From the NCBI GenBank assembly GCA_965240325.2, contig OZ251246.1, positions 186,001-250,000 of the forward strand: DNA of 64,000 bases. The letters are read 5' to 3'. Positions 58,261-64,000 of this stretch are shown here, piece after piece. The position numbers and the translations under genes were made by a program. Under the pieces are notes generated by a model that was given only the letters and a program-made list of their open reading frames with translations, was not told where the DNA came from and ran no database searches. Source of the DNA: Rebecca billardiae RCC1528 (Eukaryota > Protista > Haptophyta). Numbering within the stretch: position 1 is the first letter of the stretch; the number at the start of each line of letters is the position of its first letter.

Positions 58261-60354
58261 ATGCTGGCAGCCCTCGTCATCGGCGCAACCGCCTTCTCGG
58301 GCTCGCGCGCGGGCCTGTCCCGCGCGCGCGTCTCGCGCGTCGGCAGCCCGGCGATGTCCGCGGATGAGCCGTGGAACGCGGACATCATCGCAAAGTCGAC
58401 GATGGGCGTCGCGGACCTCGAGTGCGCGCGCGCCGAGCGCCATTTCGAGCGTCGCGTGAGCATGAGCCGCCGCGCGCACGTCGGCATGAGCGACGGGTGG
58501 GCGCACGGGCCTCGCGCCTGCAGCCCGGGCGTGCGAGTGCTCGAGAGCCTCCACACCCGGCGCGCTCCCGCCGCATGCGCCGCCGCATGACCCCGGCCCT
58601 GCGCATTGCGGCTGCAAGCTCATTCCAAATCGCCCGCCCGCGCCCCGCCCTCGCGCGCTCGCCGCGCGCGATCGCGACCGAGCAGGAAGGCGGTGGGCCA
58701 GTCGTCGAGCAAGGGCCAGGACTTCCTCGAGGCGGAGCCGTACTGGGACGTGAGCGGCATCCCGCTCAACACGTACAAGAACAAGGTGCGCGTGCGCTCG
58801 CGCGCTCGTCCGCGCGCGCGCCGCGAGCGGCGCGCAGCCTCGCGCGGGCGCGGGAGGGGGGGGGGGAGGATGGAGCGGGCGCCTCCTCGCCCCGCCAGGC
58901 GCGCGCGGCCAGGCGCGCGCGGGTCGAACCGGATGGGCCGCCTCGCCCCTGCTCGGCTGGCCCCGCCGCGCATCCGCGCGTCAGAGCGCTCGCCGAGCGC
59001 CCGCGCCCGTGCGGCGGCTGCCTCGCGCTGCGCACGCCACGCTCTGTGTGTGCACTCATCAGCCCCCGCGCGCTCGCTCGCTCGCCCTCCCTCCCTGTCG
59101 CGCGCGACGCACGCTCGGCCCACCTCGGCTCGCCCGCTCGCCCCGCGCGCGCGCAGGCGCCGTTCACGGGCAAGGTCGTCTCGTGCAAGCGCATCGTCGG
59201 CCCCGACGCGACTGGCGAGACGTGCCACATCATCATCTCGCACGGCGGCAAGATGCCCTACTGGGAGGGGCAGTCGTACGGCGTGATCCCGCCGGGCACG
59301 AACCCGAAGAACGGCAAGCCGCACACGGTGCGCCTCTACTCCATCGCCTCCTCGCGGTACGGCGACGACATGACGGGCAACACGGGCTCGCTCTGCGTGC
59401 GGCGCGCGGTCTACGTTGACCCCGAGACGGGCAAGGAGGACGACTCGAAGAAGGGCGTCTGCTCCAACTACCTCTGCGACGCGACGCCGGGGCTCGAGGT
59501 GAAGATGACGGGCCCGTCGGGCAAGGTCATGCTCATGCCGGAGCAGGACCCGAAGACCGACCTGATCATGGTGGCGACCGGCACTGGCATTGCGCCCTAC
59601 CGCGGCTTCATCCGGCGCCTGTTCGTCGAGAAGACGCCCGCCGGCGCCGCGTACAAGGGGCAGGCGTGGCTCTTCCTCGGCGTGGCGAACTCGGACTCGC
59701 TGCTGTACGACGACGAGTGGCAGGCGGCGCTCAAGGCGTACCCCAACAACTTCCGCCTCGACTACGCGCTCTCGCGCGAGCAGTCCAACAAGAACGGCGG
59801 CAAGATGTACATCCAGGACAAGGTCGAGGAGTACGCCGACGAGATCTTCAACAAGTGAGTCGCCCTTTGGAGGAGCGGCGCATCTGCGCATTTGCGCGCG
59901 CGTGATGGCTGCGCGCCTGGTGCCTTCGGCGATTGTTCGTCTGGCGCGCCGGCCGGCCGAGCGCGCGCGCGGCGCGGTGCGGCCGTGTGCGGGCTGTGAG
60001 CGGCCCCACCCGCGCGCGCGGCGTCGCGCTCACGCGCCGCCCGCCCTCCTCGCACACCCCGCCCCGCGCCAGGCTGGAGAACGGCGCGCACATGTACTTC
60101 TGCGGCCTGAAGGGCATGATGCCTGGCATCACCGACATGCTCGAGCGCGTCGCCTCGTCCAAGGGCATGAACTGGGCGGAGAAGCTCGAGCAGTTCAAGA
60201 AGAACGGGCAGTGGCACGTCGAGGTGCGCCGCTGCGCGATGGCGCGCGCGCGCGCGCGCGCGCGCGTGCGCTCGTGTGTGCATCGCGCTCACGCCCGCCT
60301 GCCTCCGCGCGTGTCGCTCGGTGCCGCTCGCGCGCTCGGCCGCAGGTGTACTAA
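58261..60354 (+). CDS. petH: Plastid ferredoxin-NADP+ reductase
   Basis: Exons 58261-58421, 58686-58785, 59157-59854, 60073-60223, 60346-60354. Motifs [45 protein letters not shown]. Bipartite presequence [12 protein letters not shown]. Confidence 0.97.
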
Positions 60355-60800
60355 GCGCAGCATGTTCTCGTTGTGGTCTTCGTGAGTAATTCGTCATGTA
60401 CGCACACGAGCATGCTGCCGCTGACCCCGTCCGCAGCGCGCGGCGTGCGCCACAGCTTGCTGGCGCGGCGCGGCGCGGCTGCTGACCCGCTCGGGCAGCG
60501 GCCGTCCTGGTGGGTGAGTCGAGGCTGCCTCGGACGGGCGGCGGTCGGGCAACGGCACTTGGTTGGACGTGAGTTCGTGACTCTGACCGGCTCAGCCGTC
60601 AGCGTCGTTGCATCAGGACGACTGGTGCTGATACGATGACGATGATGACTACTGAGAGCTATAGATATACACTGGCATCACAGTCTAAGTGATAACTATG
60701 CAGCAGGGCTAGCTGACCGACTCGGAACCGCGGCCACTGTGACTGGCAGTGGCACGTCCACTCACCACTGTCCGACCGTGTCTGACGCAGTCGTGACGAC

Positions 60801-62754
60801 GACACTCTATTATGGCCCGCGGTGCAGGGCGGAGCGCGTAGCGTGGAGCCCCGCCGGGGGCCCTCACTACGTTGTCAAAAAGATCTTTTGATCAAAGAAA
60901 AGGGGACGGGGGACGATTTTGAGGGCTGTTGGAGGGTGAGTTTTCGACTTTTAATGAGGGGGGGTATCAGCTGTCCATCACAGCTTAAAAGGCCGCGCCC
61001 GCTGCAATTCTTGTATCTACTATGGACGGACGTGGGATCAGATACCCCGGGGGTGAAACAAGTGAGTATTCCTACCCCTCTTGTATGCTGAAGTACGAGT
61101 TTGCCGAGCGACGTTTGATTGTTTTGGGTCGAAAACAGCTATGAGGCCAGATTCTTTTTGATAGTGCTTGTTCAAATACGTTACCCGCCTGTCTCGATGG
61201 ATGAACCGCCTCGTCATATTAAAAGAGATTCTTTTCAATAGCGCTTGTCAACCAAGTTACCCGTCTGCCTCGATGGATGAACCTCCTAGTGTCATAATGA
61301 AGGGATTGTTTTGAATAGCGCTGGTTAAACCAAGTTACCCGCCTGCCTCGATGGATGAACCTCCTTTGCCATATGAAAGAATAAAAATGGGTTACCCGCC
61401 CGCCAGCGTCTCGCGACGAGGACGGGTGCCCAAGCGGCAAACACGCACATGGCATGATCATCGGCATCGCCGTCGGCGGGCCCATCTTCGGCCGGCTCGA
61501 GCTGATGCACATCACGACGCTCAAGCAGGCGCTGTCCGTACCGACGTTGGCGCGCCTCCAGCGGATGGTCGACAAAGCACCCGTGGGCGAAGGAGGACCA
61601 CAATCATGGCCGAGTCATCGGAGACGTCGCTGACCTCGCGGCTTCAAACATCAACCGCTCAGCCGGTTGCCACCGCGGCCGAGCGGTGCGCGCTCGCCAC
61701 CGCGGCCGGCGCTGTGCACGGGCGTGCTGAGCCCGGGCCGCGTGAGCTCGCCCACCTCGCCCGGCGCGCACGCCGACGCCGCCATCGCGGCTCGGCGGCC
61801 GGACTCATCTCGGCCCGCAGCGCGTGCGTCCCCCCGCGGCGGCGCGCGCCGCCGTCGCCGCCGCGCAGGCCGTGCACTCGGTGGATGAGGAGACGGCCCT
61901 GCTGCGCGCGGAGCGCTGCGCGCCGCGCGCTGCTCCTGCTGCGGCGCGCAGTAGTCCGCTCGTCCGCCCCGCGGGCTCGCCACGGAGCCGACGAGCGCGA
62001 TGACGACAATCGAATGAGCACGAGTGCGCACGGAGGCGCTGGGCGCCGAGCTGGCGAAGCGCGGCGCCGAGCTCGACGCGCTGCGCGACGCGGCGACGCG
62101 GACGCGCTGGGCGCGCGCGGCGCCCTCGTCGCGACGCCCCGTGCAGCAGCTCGAGCAGCCAGCTGTGGAGTAGACGGCCGTCGACTCGAGGGCGCCACCG
62201 CGCCGGGTGAGTAGTGAGCACGCACGGGCTCCGCCTCGGTCGGAGGCTGGCTGGCCGCCGCCGTGGCTTCGAGGCCGACGCGGCGGAGGAGGCGGCGGGC
62301 GAGCACGGTGGCGCGGTGGAGCAGGCGCGCACGCGCGGCGGCAGGCGCGACCCGCCGCTCGCCTCGTTCCACCCCGAGCTCCGCTCGGTCTCGCCTCTCG
62401 GTGCGCGGCTGCGCAGCGCCGTGAGCGCAGGCTGGGGCCGCTGGGGGTGGGGCCAGCAGAGTGGTGCGCGCTCTCGCTCTGCCGGCACGAGGCGCGCCGG
62501 CTGAGCGACCAGGGCACCAGCGGCCCGTCGTCGAGCGCGTGGCGCAGCGCGAGCACCTCAAGGCAGGCTTGCCCTGCGCGCGCGCGCCGCTGCCCCGGCC
62601 GCCGTCCGTACTTCTTCACGCCGCGGCGGGCCCGCGGCGACAGTCCTCATCGGCCCGCCATGTTGACCAGACTGAGACAGCAGCCGACGGAGGGTGCACC
62701 GCGGGCCCCTAACTACGTTGGTTCTACGGAAGGACCGCGGAACGCGGTCATATA
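60801..62754 (+). mobile_element. Non-autonomous Helentron/Helitron2-like element, copy 2
   Basis: Inverted repeat at 60814-60826 and 62695-62707, hairpin at 62733-62749, and homology to copy 1 at both ends. Confidence 0.65.
61146..61400 (+). repeat. ~77-bp degenerate tandem repeat (3 copies plus a partial) inside element copy 2
   Basis: GTTACCCGYCTGYCTCGATGGATGAACC core at 61180, 61256, 61334; partial at 61391. Confidence 0.9.
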
Positions 62755-62818
62755 TATATAGTCTTATGAACTCTTTCGATGGAATCTGAGCTAGTATAGA
62801 CTGCTACTAGACTACTAG

Positions 62819-62820
<2 letters not shown>

Positions 62821-62855
<35 letters not shown>

Positions 62856-62870
62856 TCATATATATATAGT
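62821..62870. repeat. (AT)n microsatellite
   Basis: Directly visible. Confidence 0.95.
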
Positions 62871-63196
62871 ACGCTGCTAGTCTCTACTACCGTCAGCCGT
62901 CTACGAGTTCGCGGCCACTCCGCGGGCCCCGGGAGTCGGGAGTGCCACCGTGCCGCTCCGCGCGAGCCAGTGTCGTACGGTCCGCTGACTCAGGCCGCGT
63001 GACTCATCGCGTCAGCACGGCCGCAAATATTGTATTCAAAACTAACCGCGGCGGCGCGGCCGGCGCGCGGCCGCGCGCGCATCGCCGCGGCCCGGCCGGC
63101 GGCGGCGGCACGGGCCGGCACCGGCACCCGGCCCGCGCGGTACCAATCCGCCGCGTCGTCTGACGACTCATCCGTGTCCGCAGCAGAGTCGCGCCC

Positions 63197-64000
63197 TCAG
63201 CGATGATGATGCTGGTGCTGGCCCGGAGACGGCGCGTGACTCTGATTGCGTACAAACCGGCTGCACTCCCTCCTGATCGGCCGCCCAAAGTGCGAGTACT
63301 CGCGCTGCGTGATGCGGCATAGCTGCCGGAGGCCGGGCGCGTAGATGGGAGCGGAGAGATTGTACTTGTACTGAAGCTCCTTGCCAGCCGCCTGCGCCAG
63401 CATCAGGTTTTGGTCGTTGCGCTGCCGTCCGCCGTCCGTGTGCCTGGGACTGAAGTCGAGACCATCTGGGAGTCCAGGCCAGCGTAGCGCGGCGAGGGTT
63501 GGCTGCAGCTCGCTGAGCGTGCCGGTCAGCGTCGGCTGGTCGCTGCGTGCCGTGCACACCAGGTCTTGCGGCCTGAAGTGATGGTCGATGCGGCGGCGCC
63601 CAGGGTTCGTCTCGAAGGCATTGCCCAGAGCCTTCACGTACATGTTGAACGTGAGGCAAGACCGATGCCCGCGCAACTCGCGTGGCAGCAGGTGCCTAAT
63701 GCGACCGATCAGGTCTTGAGCCTGGCACGGTCGCGTCGTCGAGCCCGGGCAGCAGCCGACCTTGTCGTGGAAGCCGCTGATGTAGCGATCGATCGGGTCC
63801 CTGATCACGTTGATCCGCATCTGCGCGACCTCGTCAATGTCATTGTCTTTCGAGTAGCGCACGTGCGGCACGCCGGTCCACCCGTCCGGCGCGTGACAGT
63901 TGCGGCCCTTGTCGCTGCTGAGCGCCGCGTGAAGCCCGCAGAAGAGAGTCGTCGAGCCGCACTTGTTGCACGCGCACAGGATGAGCTTCGTGCCTTGCAG
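63197..64000 (-). CDS. Sulfotransferase family 2 (carbohydrate sulfotransferase-like), 5' end outside window
   Basis: LILCACNKCGSTTL (5'-PSB-like), VIRDPIDRYISGF (3'-PB-like) and DHHFRPQ. Confidence 0.8.
   Translation of the reverse strand: MQGTKLILCACNKCGSTTLFCGLHAALSSDKGRNCHAPDGWTGVPHVRYSKDNDIDEVAQMRINVIRDPIDRYISGFHDKVGCCPGSTTRPCQAQDLIGRIRHLLPRELRGHRSCLTFNMYVKALGNAFETNPGRRRIDHHFRPQDLVCTARSDQPTLTGTLSELQPTLAALRWPGLPDGLDFSPRHTDGGRQRNDQNLMLAQAAGKELQYKYNLSAPIYAPGLRQLCRITQREYSHFGRPIRRECSRFVRNQSHAPSPGQHQHHHR

Noticed and set aside
61146-61400. CRISPR-like repeat/spacer appearance
   Set aside because: The intervening segments are homologous to one another, so it is a tandem repeat; the context is eukaryotic and there are no cas genes.
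40278-64000. A functional gene cluster (kinase, dioxygenase, phosphatase, sulfotransferase, FNR)
   Set aside because: Functions are unrelated, orientations are mixed and transposons intervene. The sulfotransferase could modify surface glycans, but nothing in the sequence links it to the giant gene.

Overview
Very GC-rich eukaryotic nuclear DNA with GT-AG spliceosomal introns. The FNR presequence (signal peptide ending ATA-F, then a transit peptide) points to an alga with a complex red plastid; a haptophyte such as a pavlovophyte is an inference. The first 33 kb are one giant minus-strand gene that the ORF track misses because its stop lies beyond position 1. Its last exon is an open frame of at least 30.8 kb and the protein is at least ~10,900 aa. 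Domain order: signal-like segment, three 12-Cys lectin/Link-like modules, a ~4,100-aa Ser-Pro3 rod, a TMEM132-like cohesin plus Ig-like block, a second cohesin, a polybasic cleavage-like linker, a dockerin-like module, and a second Ser-Pro3 rod of at least 4,700 aa. The huge Gly-, Ala- and Arg-rich ORFs in the track are shadows of this gene. The remaining 31 kb hold genes for an EF-hand/coiled-coil protein, a cupin, a WD40 protein, a hybrid histidine kinase, a PhyH-family dioxygenase (split by a closable 100-N gap), a DTW protein, a secreted Cys-rich protein, an AP2 transcription factor, a histidine phosphatase, FNR (petH) and a sulfotransferase. Mobile DNA: two copies of a non-autonomous Helentron/Helitron2-like element, and a PIF/Harbinger-like element with a nested long-TIR MITE. 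All domain calls come from manual translation and motif recognition; no database search was run.
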